Source: Salmonella phage vB_SEnST11_KE23. Taken from it: a DNA stretch of 24,000 nucleotides. The notes under the pieces were generated by a model. The model was not told the origin of the DNA. It saw only the letters and a program-made list of their open reading frames with translations, and did no database searches. The DNA lies in sequence record PP856722.1, one strand, 5' to 3'. Below are positions 14,851-22,598 of the stretch, one piece after another. The translations under genes were made by a program, and so were the position numbers. The stretch's first letter is position 1; the number at the start of each line of letters is the position of its first letter.

Positions 14851-16154
14851 TGTCAGATTTTGGTGTGGGCGTTGAAGCTGCCCTTGGTGCTGTCATGTCG
14901 GGGGATAACGTATTCGTTACCGGACCCGGTGGTAGCGGCAAAAGTTACACCATAAAGACCATCCAATCGCTCTACGCAGGTTCAGTCCTCACAGTAGCCC
15001 CTACGGGGGCTGCTGCCATTAACGTCAATGGGATGACTGCACACCGTGCGTTTGGGCTTACAATGGGGGTTGCTACCAAAAAGGATACCGAAGAGATTAA
15101 GCCGAAGGTGAAACGGCTACTGAAGAGTAAAGCGTTAAAGATCATCATCATTGATGAGATCAGTATGTTCAGGGCTGATAAGTTGTGGGAAATGGATATG
15201 AAATGCCGTCTCGCAAGAAAGCAACCAAATAAGCCGTTTGGTGGTTTGCAGATCTGCATGTTTGGTGACTTCTTCCAGAACCCGCCCGTCCTTACCGAGA
15301 CAGAAAAGGAGACGTATTTCCAGTTCCATTACACAGAATTGGCTTGTTTCTCAGATACTTGGAAAGAACTAAACCCTTACCCGATACTACTTGAAAAAGT
15401 TTATCGCCAGAGCAGTGTCCATTTCTCAACGATGCTTAATTGTCTGCGTCGTGGACAGCGGATTCCAGAAATTGTTAAATTCATGAACACGCATTGTTAT
15501 GATCATGGCAAGCCTCTTGATGCCATAACGATCACATCTACGAATGCTGCGGCTGATAAAGTAAACAAGAAGCGTTTTGATGAGGTTCCTGGGTTGCCTA
15601 CGTTGTACACTGCGAAGAAGTCTGGGGAGTTTACTCAAAAGCCTGTTCCTGAAGAGCTTTACCTGAAGGAAGGCGCACAGGTAATGATTACAGTAAACGA
15701 TCCTAAAGGCTTTGATGAACCAGAGTATGTCAATGGTTCCCGTGGGGAGATCATCGAACTCGGTAAGGATAGTGTGAAGGTTCGTTTGGACTGTGGAAAA
15801 GTTGTTGATGTGGATGCCTATGTGTGGGAGAATGTGGAATATAACCCAATCAAGGTCAGGAATTCTGACGGCACAACAACCGAAGAGATTGAGAAGATCA
15901 CCATCGGTGAGTATCGTGCTCTCCCAATCCGTTTGGGTTGGGCTGTCACAATTCATAAAGCGCAGGGCTTGACATTGCCTGAACTTAATATAGACTTTGG
16001 TTATGGCGCTTTTGCACCCGGTATGGCATACGTTGCTTTCAGCAGGGCTACTTCAGCTAAAGGATTAAGACTCTTGAAAAAGGTCAGAGAAAAGGATATT
16101 ATTGTTGACCAACGTATAGTAAGATTTTACGAAGAAACTTTTCCAGGTAAATAG
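14850..16154 (+). CDS. Pif1/Dda-like SF1 helicase
   Basis: Walker A 'VTGPGGSGKSYTIKTI', 'VAPTGAAAINVNGMTAHRAF', 'IIIDEISMFRADKL', C-terminal 'GWAVTIHKAQGLTLPELNID' and 'YVAFSRATSAKGL'. GGAGG RBS at 14841-14845. Confidence 0.92.
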   Translation: MSDFGVGVEAALGAVMSGDNVFVTGPGGSGKSYTIKTIQSLYAGSVLTVAPTGAAAINVNGMTAHRAFGLTMGVATKKDTEEIKPKVKRLLKSKALKIIIIDEISMFRADKLWEMDMKCRLARKQPNKPFGGLQICMFGDFFQNPPVLTETEKETYFQFHYTELACFSDTWKELNPYPILLEKVYRQSSVHFSTMLNCLRRGQRIPEIVKFMNTHCYDHGKPLDAITITSTNAAADKVNKKRFDEVPGLPTLYTAKKSGEFTQKPVPEELYLKEGAQVMITVNDPKGFDEPEYVNGSRGEIIELGKDSVKVRLDCGKVVDVDAYVWENVEYNPIKVRNSDGTTTEEIEKITIGEYRALPIRLGWAVTIHKAQGLTLPELNIDFGYGAFAPGMAYVAFSRATSAKGLRLLKKVREKDIIVDQRIVRFYEETFPGK

Positions 16155-16165
16155 GAGATAAAATT

Positions 16166-16612
16166 ATGGCATCATACTCTCGAAATGAGTTGGTCAATAA
16201 GTTCCGGAAGGAACTTGAGGATTGGAACAATTCACCATCCCAGTGGCAGACATCACCGAAGGATACAACGCATATCCAAATGGCTTCTCTCGACGAGGTG
16301 ATGTCTGCCTATGGTTATGCTCCGCGCCGCCTCCCAAACTTCCAAGAAGTCCGTGATGGGCGTTTTGGATATTACTTAGTTGATAGGTCTTACAAAAACA
16401 AAATGCGCCCTGTTTTCCTGTCCTTACAGGATGCGGTGATCATCCACAATGGGAATGGTTACAGGGGTAATCCCTTCCGCCGACTCGGTGGCAGCATGAG
16501 CTTTGCTTTACAAAACCGCATTGTTGAGCAGGTGGCTATCCAAAGGGATAAATCTCTTGAGGGGGGTATCAAATCTACCAAAAAGTGGATCAAATTCCAC
16601 GAGGAGAAGTAA
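16166..16612 (+). CDS. hypothetical protein
   Basis: 148 aa ORF; ORF ends at the start of the next gene. Confidence 0.7.
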   Translation: MASYSRNELVNKFRKELEDWNNSPSQWQTSPKDTTHIQMASLDEVMSAYGYAPRRLPNFQEVRDGRFGYYLVDRSYKNKMRPVFLSLQDAVIIHNGNGYRGNPFRRLGGSMSFALQNRIVEQVAIQRDKSLEGGIKSTKKWIKFHEEK

Positions 16613-16974
16613 TGTTTCCATCTGATGAAGATCAACACCCAGCAGCAGTTCTTTTCCGTAAGCTTCGAAAGATGGAGAAAGACGCAAATCTCACTGAGGA
16701 TCAGAGAGAGATCATTAATGATGCAGCCCATATGGTGAATGCCCTTGACGTATTGAATTATAGTTGTCTCAAAGCTTGCAAAAACATTGGTTTCGTGTAT
16801 GATCCGACCCTCCGTGATGGTGAATTTGCTCAAGCATTTTACTGGTTACAGGAGAAAGGTGCTGAGGTACATAAGGCCGCAACTGCTGACAGCAAGTACG
16901 AACTGTTGGTTGGCGTTGAGAAACGCATTGAGGATCTTTTCAAATTTTATCAGGAGAACAAGAATGCAAGTTGA
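16612..16974 (+). CDS. hypothetical protein
   Basis: ATG at 16612 (TAATG overlap), in frame with the 16585 ORF. Confidence 0.65.
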   Translation: MFPSDEDQHPAAVLFRKLRKMEKDANLTEDQREIINDAAHMVNALDVLNYSCLKACKNIGFVYDPTLRDGEFAQAFYWLQEKGAEVHKAATADSKYELLVGVEKRIEDLFKFYQENKNAS

Positions 16975-17146
16975 AGATTTCTCTGATTTGACGAAGGTTA
17001 CTACCGAGAAGTTAATGAAACTTCGGGATATTGCACAGGATTACCATGATGATATGCAGAGTGCAGAACTAGAAGCATGGAATCGCTTGCAAGATATTAA
17101 CCATGAGATTATTAATAGGACAAGAGATGCTGAAAAAACTGTTTAA
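16964..17146 (+). CDS. small helical hypothetical protein
   Basis: ATG at 16964 preceded by CAGGAG; in frame with the 16787 ORF. Confidence 0.6.
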   Translation: MQVEDFSDLTKVTTEKLMKLRDIAQDYHDDMQSAELEAWNRLQDINHEIINRTRDAEKTV

Positions 17147-17459
17147 CTGGCTGTTTGCAAAAAAAGAGGCACAGCCGGTACGAGAGGTTAATGTTTTCGA
17201 CTTCACGAAACGTGAAGCAGGGCATGATATTACACTTCGTATGATTGATGACGGTGAATATGCAGAAGCAATGGTCTTCCTTGCTATTGACCAGAAATCA
17301 CCAGAGGTTGGCGATTTTATTGTTGTCAATCTTGAACTATCTTCAATAGAGGAAGGTGGCGATTATGACATCACTTTTGTGGTTGAGTCTGTGACTCGTG
17401 TCGCACTGGGTATTTCCCAGTTAACCCTCACCCGCTACGAAGGTGCAGAAGATGAGTAA
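17127..17459 (+). CDS. hypothetical protein
   Basis: ATG at 17127, in frame with the 17103 ORF. Confidence 0.6.
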   Translation: MLKKLFNWLFAKKEAQPVREVNVFDFTKREAGHDITLRMIDDGEYAEAMVFLAIDQKSPEVGDFIVVNLELSSIEEGGDYDITFVVESVTRVALGISQLTLTRYEGAEDE

Positions 17460-17733
17460 GTCCCGTAAAGTTGAGATTGAGTTTGAATACGAACATCCCA
17501 CCGAAGGTGTGGTTGCAGTAGAAGCACTTTATACTGTTCAGAAGCCGGACTTCTACAGTAAAGAAAGCGATTGGGATTACAACGGTTTTCAGGACTTAGA
17601 ACATTGTGCTGTATTCAAAAATGGCACCCAGATCTTCGTTGACATTCCAGATGATGTCCTGTACCATCACCTACGTGAACATCTGCGTGATGCAGAAATC
17701 GAAGGTTGTTTCCATCGTGAGGAGGAATTCTAA
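17452..17733 (+). CDS. hypothetical protein
   Basis: ATG at 17452 overlaps the previous stop. Confidence 0.6.
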   Translation: MSKSRKVEIEFEYEHPTEGVVAVEALYTVQKPDFYSKESDWDYNGFQDLEHCAVFKNGTQIFVDIPDDVLYHHLREHLRDAEIEGCFHREEEF

Positions 17734-17987
17734 TGGCAAAGAGTGAAGTTAAGCTGGTCGAGTTCAATATGAAACAGACCAAGAAAGAAGAGGCTGAAGA
17801 AATTCTGGCAGGTCTTATTGATGAAGGCTTTGTCCTCATGGGGCAGCACGAGGCAGAAGGCTGGATGAATTTTACAATGGTAAGAGCAGACAACTCGCTG
17901 AACATTGTATACAACAACGATGGCGGCCTCACACCTGCACACCAGTTTCAGGTGGTTAATGGTGCAGTAGAGCGAATTGTTCATTGA
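17733..17987 (+). CDS. hypothetical protein
   Basis: 84 aa ORF sharing one base with the previous stop. Confidence 0.6.
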   Translation: MAKSEVKLVEFNMKQTKKEEAEEILAGLIDEGFVLMGQHEAEGWMNFTMVRADNSLNIVYNNDGGLTPAHQFQVVNGAVERIVH

Positions 17988-17994
17988 GGTTTGT

Positions 17995-18687
17995 ATGATT
18001 AAAGTGGTGTGGAGCCTTTTCGATGGCTCCGGCATCATGGGGTGGGAGTATGCTAAAAATGGCTGCAAGGTGTACTGTTTCAACTTCGATGCTGGAGATC
18101 ACGGTGGTTATGAGTTGGTAAGGGTTAAACATCCTAATATTAAGTATGTAAATTCTTGGATTGATGAGGGTTTTGACCCAGAGAAAGAGAGGATTCCTAA
18201 GCCTGATATTATCTTCGCATTTCCCCCATGTACCGACATGGCAGTTAGCGGGGCTGCTCATTTTGCCTCAAAAGCAGTCAAAGACCCTCTTTTCCAGGTT
18301 AAAGCTGTTAATACGGCTAAGGTTGCAGCACTGTTGGGAGATAAATATGGGTGTCCATACATGATCGAGAACCCGGTGAGCGTTCTATCGTCCAAGTGGA
18401 GGAAGCCAAACCACATGTTTCATCCGTATGAATATGGTGGCTATCTCCCTCATGATGATGTTCATCCGTTCTTCCCGGAGTATATTAACCCGCGCGACTC
18501 CTACCCTAAAAAGACGTGCCTTTGGACGGGTAATGGTTTTAAAATGCCACCTGCGAAGCCTGTTGTGGTTGCAAAAGGTTACTCAGAGCAGCATAAAAAG
18601 CTGGGCGGTAAATCTGCCAAAACAAAATTGATACGTTCTTTAACACCCCGTGGTTTTGCTGCTGCGGTTTTTTATTACAACCAATGA
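17995..18687 (+). CDS. DNA cytosine-5 methyltransferase-like protein
   Basis: 'VVWSLFDGSGIMGWEYAKNG', catalytic-loop-like 'FAFPPCTDMAVSGAAHF' and 'MIENPVSVL' (ENV-like). ATG at 17995. Confidence 0.7.
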   Translation: MIKVVWSLFDGSGIMGWEYAKNGCKVYCFNFDAGDHGGYELVRVKHPNIKYVNSWIDEGFDPEKERIPKPDIIFAFPPCTDMAVSGAAHFASKAVKDPLFQVKAVNTAKVAALLGDKYGCPYMIENPVSVLSSKWRKPNHMFHPYEYGGYLPHDDVHPFFPEYINPRDSYPKKTCLWTGNGFKMPPAKPVVVAKGYSEQHKKLGGKSAKTKLIRSLTPRGFAAAVFYYNQ

Positions 18688-18697
18688 GTGAGGGAAA

Positions 18698-19363
18698 GTG
18701 AAAGAGTTATTATTAGTTGGTGGTCGAGCAGGGCCATCAGGTGGCGATACACGTATGCTGCTACAGGCTGACAAAGTAAGTGGCATCTACCCTATAGATC
18801 AAGCAAACCCGTCGCGAGCATTCACAAGTTACGGAACACCTGCCGGACAAAGCACAGTGCAGGCTAAGTTTGGTCAATATTCGTTTGACTGCCGCAATGG
18901 TGGTTTTCAAATGTCCGGGACGGTAAAACCTGACCTTGCATTTGCAAAAGGAGATCCGTTCACCATTGAGTTTTGGTCGTACAACACGGCAGTTGATAGT
19001 GCAACCTGGTGGATGTATTTTAACACAGGCACCTCTTCCTGTTTAAAGACCTATCAGTCCACTATTTACCTACAGGATAACTCTGTTTCGGTGCAGGTCG
19101 GGGCTTTGTCGAAAATACCAACAAACCAGTGGAATCACATTGCCATTGTGTATGATGGGGTAAACCTCCAGTTCTACGTGAATGGAACACGTATTGCATC
19201 ACAAGCCTCTGCCGGGGGTTGGAGTACATCAAGCGCCTTTGCGAGGGTTATGGGTGGTGAAGGTACAGCCAAGTGTTTTATGGATCAGTTCAGAATTTCT
19301 GGTGTTGCAAGGTACTCAGGCACCACATTCCCTGTGCCTACAGTCCCTTTTGAAATCGATTAG
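18698..19363 (+). CDS. LamG/concanavalin-like domain protein
   Basis: 'FTIEFWSYNTAVDSATWWMYFNTG', 'NQWNHIAIVYDGVNLQFYVNGTRIAS', 'MDQFRISGVARYSGTTFPVPTVPF' are typical LamG_3. GTG start with AGGGA. Confidence 0.85.
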   Translation: MKELLLVGGRAGPSGGDTRMLLQADKVSGIYPIDQANPSRAFTSYGTPAGQSTVQAKFGQYSFDCRNGGFQMSGTVKPDLAFAKGDPFTIEFWSYNTAVDSATWWMYFNTGTSSCLKTYQSTIYLQDNSVSVQVGALSKIPTNQWNHIAIVYDGVNLQFYVNGTRIASQASAGGWSTSSAFARVMGGEGTAKCFMDQFRISGVARYSGTTFPVPTVPFEID

Positions 19364-19371
19364 GAGGTAAG

Positions 19372-19518
19372 TTGAAAAATGTTCAAATATTGATGTCTCA
19401 GGATCTGAAGGAACTTGAGGATAAGTTGAATAGATGGTTTGAGAAGGGTTATCACATTAGTGGTGGAATAGCCATCGATGGGAAATGGTACGTTGCTGTT
19501 GTTGTTAAGCCGTTTTAA
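19372..19518 (+). CDS. small DUF1737-like protein (not in the ORF track)
   Basis: TTG start after TAGGAGGTAAG: (M)KNVQILMSQDLKELEDKLNRWFEKGYHISGGIAIDGKWYVAVVVKPF. Confidence 0.6.
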   Translation: MKNVQILMSQDLKELEDKLNRWFEKGYHISGGIAIDGKWYVAVVVKPF

Positions 19519-19527
19519 GGAGAAATG

Positions 19528-20058
19528 ATGGGGAATGGTCCGGATTGGGGCAGCATTGTGGAGTACCGAGACGGGAAGCTGTACTGGAAGATAAACACCT
19601 TCTCAGGTAGAAACCACAATCATCCAGCGGCAGTTATTGGCAAGGAAGCTGGATCAATATCTGGAAAGGGATATTGCACCATACGCTTTCAAGGGTACAG
19701 GTGTTATAGGCATGTTATCGTGTGGCTGCTCCACCACGGACCAATTCCAAAAGGATTGCAGGTTGACCATATCAAATCCTTAAGGGAGACTGGCGGTATT
19801 GCCGATGATCGAATAACTAATTTACAACTCCTTACAAGAGGTACAAATACTCGTAAAGGTGGTGGTAACATGCCTAACTCTTCCAACAAATCCTCTGCAA
19901 GAAGAGGAGTTTCTTGGGACAGAGGTTATCCATCAAAGCCTTGGAGGGCAAGGATAGCTGTAGACGGAAAAGTGCTCCTTAAAAATTTTGAGAGTTTTAA
20001 TGAAGCCTCTCAGCAAAGAGAGTTGTGGGAAAAAGAGTATTGCTATGGAGGATTATGA
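19528..20058 (+). CDS. HNH homing endonuclease with AP2 domain
   Basis: 'YCTIRFQGYRCYRHVIVWLLHHGPIPKGLQVDHIKSLRE...RITNLQLLTRGTNTRK' HNH_3, followed by AP2-like 'GVSWDRGYPSKPWRARIAVDGKVLLKNFESFNEA'. Confidence 0.9.
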   Translation: MGNGPDWGSIVEYRDGKLYWKINTFSGRNHNHPAAVIGKEAGSISGKGYCTIRFQGYRCYRHVIVWLLHHGPIPKGLQVDHIKSLRETGGIADDRITNLQLLTRGTNTRKGGGNMPNSSNKSSARRGVSWDRGYPSKPWRARIAVDGKVLLKNFESFNEASQQRELWEKEYCYGGL

Positions 20059-22109
20059 GTAATTTTGACTTTTCGGCTTATCGGCAAGGTGGACAGGAAA
20101 ACCCGAAAGCACAAAGATTTGGCAATAACGGCAATCGTGGAGGAAGAGTGAGTTATCAGCAGCGCGAAGAAGAGACCCTGGAATCTGTAGTCAATGGCAC
20201 CCGTATTCTGGCAGTTCCTGGAATGAGTCTCTCGCTTGATGCGGCGAAGTATTTTAAAATCCGCTCTGCTGTTTCAGCAAGTGACGGTGTGACCATTACA
20301 GCAACATACTTGCCATATTATGATAAGTACGGCAAGCTTACTGGTTATAAGAAACGTGACTGGACACTACCAAAAGAGAAGAAGGGACACTTCTCTGTTG
20401 TTGGTACTGTAAAGGCAGCATCTCAGTTCTTTGGTCAGCATGAAGCGGCTATGGGTGCTGGTCGTAAGCAGATTTTTGTTGTTGAAGGTGAAGGTGATGT
20501 AACTGCTGGCTGGCAGGCTGGTTTTGATTTCGTCAAAGCTTTGGCTGCAAGCCCTAACGCCCCGAAGGGAGTGAAGGATTGGGCGGCAAGTGTTCTGAAA
20601 GGTATCACTGCCATCCAAAACGGTGAAGAAGTTGCAGGTGTTCCGACACTGCCTTTTGTCGGATTAAACTGTGGCACAGCCAACGCAGTTGACACATTCG
20701 CTAACAACGAGAAGTTTATCCGTGGTTACGAAAAAGTTGTTCTTGGTTTTGATAACGATGAAGCGACAGCGCTTGAAAAGGAACGTAAGATCAAGAAAGG
20801 TAAAGAGGCGACAGATGACGTTGCAGCATTCTTGCTGTCAGACAATATCTTCGTAGCTCGTTACCCTAATGAACGTAACGACCCAGCAGGTGTTAAAGAT
20901 GTCCGTGATATGTACGACGCTGGTAAGGGTCGTGAAATCTGGAACATGTTCTCTAAGGCAGAGGACAGGTATGTCCCTGACAAACTGATCAGTCTGAGCA
21001 ATATCACCATTGAAAACCTTCGTAAGAAGAAAAAAGATGGTGTTCCATTACCGGGTATGCCTCGACTTTATGAGTTGACAAAAGGCCCACGTACTGGTGA
21101 GCTTTGGACGCTGACAGGCCCGTCAGGTGGTGGTAAGTCAACTATCTCACGTAAGATCGAATATGCAATTGTGGACTATCTTCGTAATATGGATATTCCT
21201 CGTCTTGACGGGTGGACTGAGAACGAGAAAGTGGCAATCATTCGTCTGGAAGAGGATGAAGAAGAATCTGTAAACAGTCTGTATGCTGAGGAGTTGAAGG
21301 TTGACCCTAAAGCATTTGTTGCAGATCCTGAGCAGTTCCTGACTGAGGAAGAGCACCTTGCGATTCACCAAAGGTGGATCAATGAGGACAAGATTAAGAT
21401 CTTTGACCACTTCGGTTCTATACCGACTGATCAGTTGATCCAGAAGCTGAAACAGATGGTATTCTTGGATGGTTGTAAGTGGATTATCCTTGACCACCTT
21501 TCTATGGTGATCTCTGGTCTTAAATCAGACAACGAACGCCGAGATTTGGATAACATCATGACTGAGCTTGCAGCATTCTGTAAGCAATACGATGTGTTCA
21601 TTCTCAGCATCAGCCACATGAAACGTAAAGAACTTCAACTACCGAAGGATAAAGACGGCAATATGTTGCCTTTCTGGTATCCTGTACGTAAAGAAGACCT
21701 GCGTGGTTCTGCTGCACTGGAACAGCTTTCCTGGATTGTATTAGGGGTTGAACCAGAAGAGCTACCAGACCGCTCTCGTGGACGTGTGCGTGTGGTTGTG
21801 ATGAAGAACCGCCCACACAAAAAACTTGGTGTCGCAGACACTATGATCATGGATGAAAACGGTCAATTCACCGATGCATCTGGATGGGTATGGGAAGACG
21901 GAATGTTTAAACTGAATGGCGAAATCATGCTTCGTCCTGAAGGATTAACACACTCCTTGCAGCTTGAGACCCCTGTCGGAAAGGTAAGTGTTCCTGCTCC
22001 GGTAGCGGAAGCTCCGGTATCTCTCCCTTCTCCAGAAGACATGGATGATGATACGCCGTTTGCCCCTATAGGATTACAATATGCAAACCATGCAATCTAC
22101 GTCCTCTAA
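20055..22109 (+). CDS. TOPRIM primase-helicase (T7 gp4-like, DnaB/Twinkle-like)
   Basis: TOPRIM 'IFVVEGEGDVTAGWQAGF' and 'VVLGFDNDEA'; helicase Walker A 'LTGPSGGGKSTISRKI', 'KWIILDHLSMVISG', 'ILSISHMKR', 'LRGSAALEQLSWIVLGVE'. Confidence 0.92.
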   Translation: MSNFDFSAYRQGGQENPKAQRFGNNGNRGGRVSYQQREEETLESVVNGTRILAVPGMSLSLDAAKYFKIRSAVSASDGVTITATYLPYYDKYGKLTGYKKRDWTLPKEKKGHFSVVGTVKAASQFFGQHEAAMGAGRKQIFVVEGEGDVTAGWQAGFDFVKALAASPNAPKGVKDWAASVLKGITAIQNGEEVAGVPTLPFVGLNCGTANAVDTFANNEKFIRGYEKVVLGFDNDEATALEKERKIKKGKEATDDVAAFLLSDNIFVARYPNERNDPAGVKDVRDMYDAGKGREIWNMFSKAEDRYVPDKLISLSNITIENLRKKKKDGVPLPGMPRLYELTKGPRTGELWTLTGPSGGGKSTISRKIEYAIVDYLRNMDIPRLDGWTENEKVAIIRLEEDEEESVNSLYAEELKVDPKAFVADPEQFLTEEEHLAIHQRWINEDKIKIFDHFGSIPTDQLIQKLKQMVFLDGCKWIILDHLSMVISGLKSDNERRDLDNIMTELAAFCKQYDVFILSISHMKRKELQLPKDKDGNMLPFWYPVRKEDLRGSAALEQLSWIVLGVEPEELPDRSRGRVRVVVMKNRPHKKLGVADTMIMDENGQFTDASGWVWEDGMFKLNGEIMLRPEGLTHSLQLETPVGKVSVPAPVAEAPVSLPSPEDMDDDTPFAPIGLQYANHAIYVL

Positions 22110-22542
22110 GGTGTGCTTCAAGTGCGGGGTTGAGAAACCCCTCACTGATTTCTACAAGCACGTAGGAATGGCAGACGGGCATTTGAATAAGTGTAAGGAA
22201 TGTGCGAAACAAGATAATAACAAATATAGGGAGAAGAATATTGAATCGGTGAGGGAGTATGATCGATCAAGACAGCACATAGATAGGCACAAGAATCCGA
22301 GAGAGTACAGAAGGAAGAATCCACAAAAGTACAAAGCTCACAACGCAGTTAATAATGCAGTAAGGGATGGAAGATTGTTAAAGTCTGAAGTCTGTGAGGA
22401 GTGTGGTGAGGATCGCCATCTCTACGGTCACCACCACTCTTACGAAAAAGTATACTGGTTAGATGTCAAATGGCTTTGTGGAAAATGCCACGCAAAAGAG
22501 CACAAAAGGCTCAAAGGTCTGGGTATTGACCCAGATGTTTAA
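22081..22542 (+). CDS. HNH endonuclease (free-standing, zinc-finger type)
   Basis: 'VCFKCGVEKPLTDFYKHVGMADGHLNKCKECAK' and 'CEECGEDRHLYGHHHSYEKVYWLDVKWLCGKCHAKEHKR'. Confidence 0.9.
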   Translation: MQTMQSTSSKVCFKCGVEKPLTDFYKHVGMADGHLNKCKECAKQDNNKYREKNIESVREYDRSRQHIDRHKNPREYRRKNPQKYKAHNAVNNAVRDGRLLKSEVCEECGEDRHLYGHHHSYEKVYWLDVKWLCGKCHAKEHKRLKGLGIDPDV

Positions 22543-22553
22543 TCCCAACTGAG

Positions 22554-22583
22554 AGGTGGGTGTCGATACAGACCAACCCACCT
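22554..22583 (+). promoter_or_regulatory. strong RNA hairpin just upstream of the DNA polymerase RBS
   Basis: AGGTGGGT (22554-22561) pairs with ACCCACCT (22576-22583). Inner GTC/GAC extends the stem with a 2-nt bulge. AGGAGG RBS begins at 22589. Confidence 0.6.
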
Positions 22584-22598
22584 TGCATAGGAGGAATC

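Noticed and set aside
17956-18261. Long minus-strand ORFs across the window, for example 17956..18261, 2402..3079 and 14155..14712
   Set aside because: All lie antisense to well-supported plus-strand genes with domain matches or operon overlaps and show no RBS or recognisable domains.
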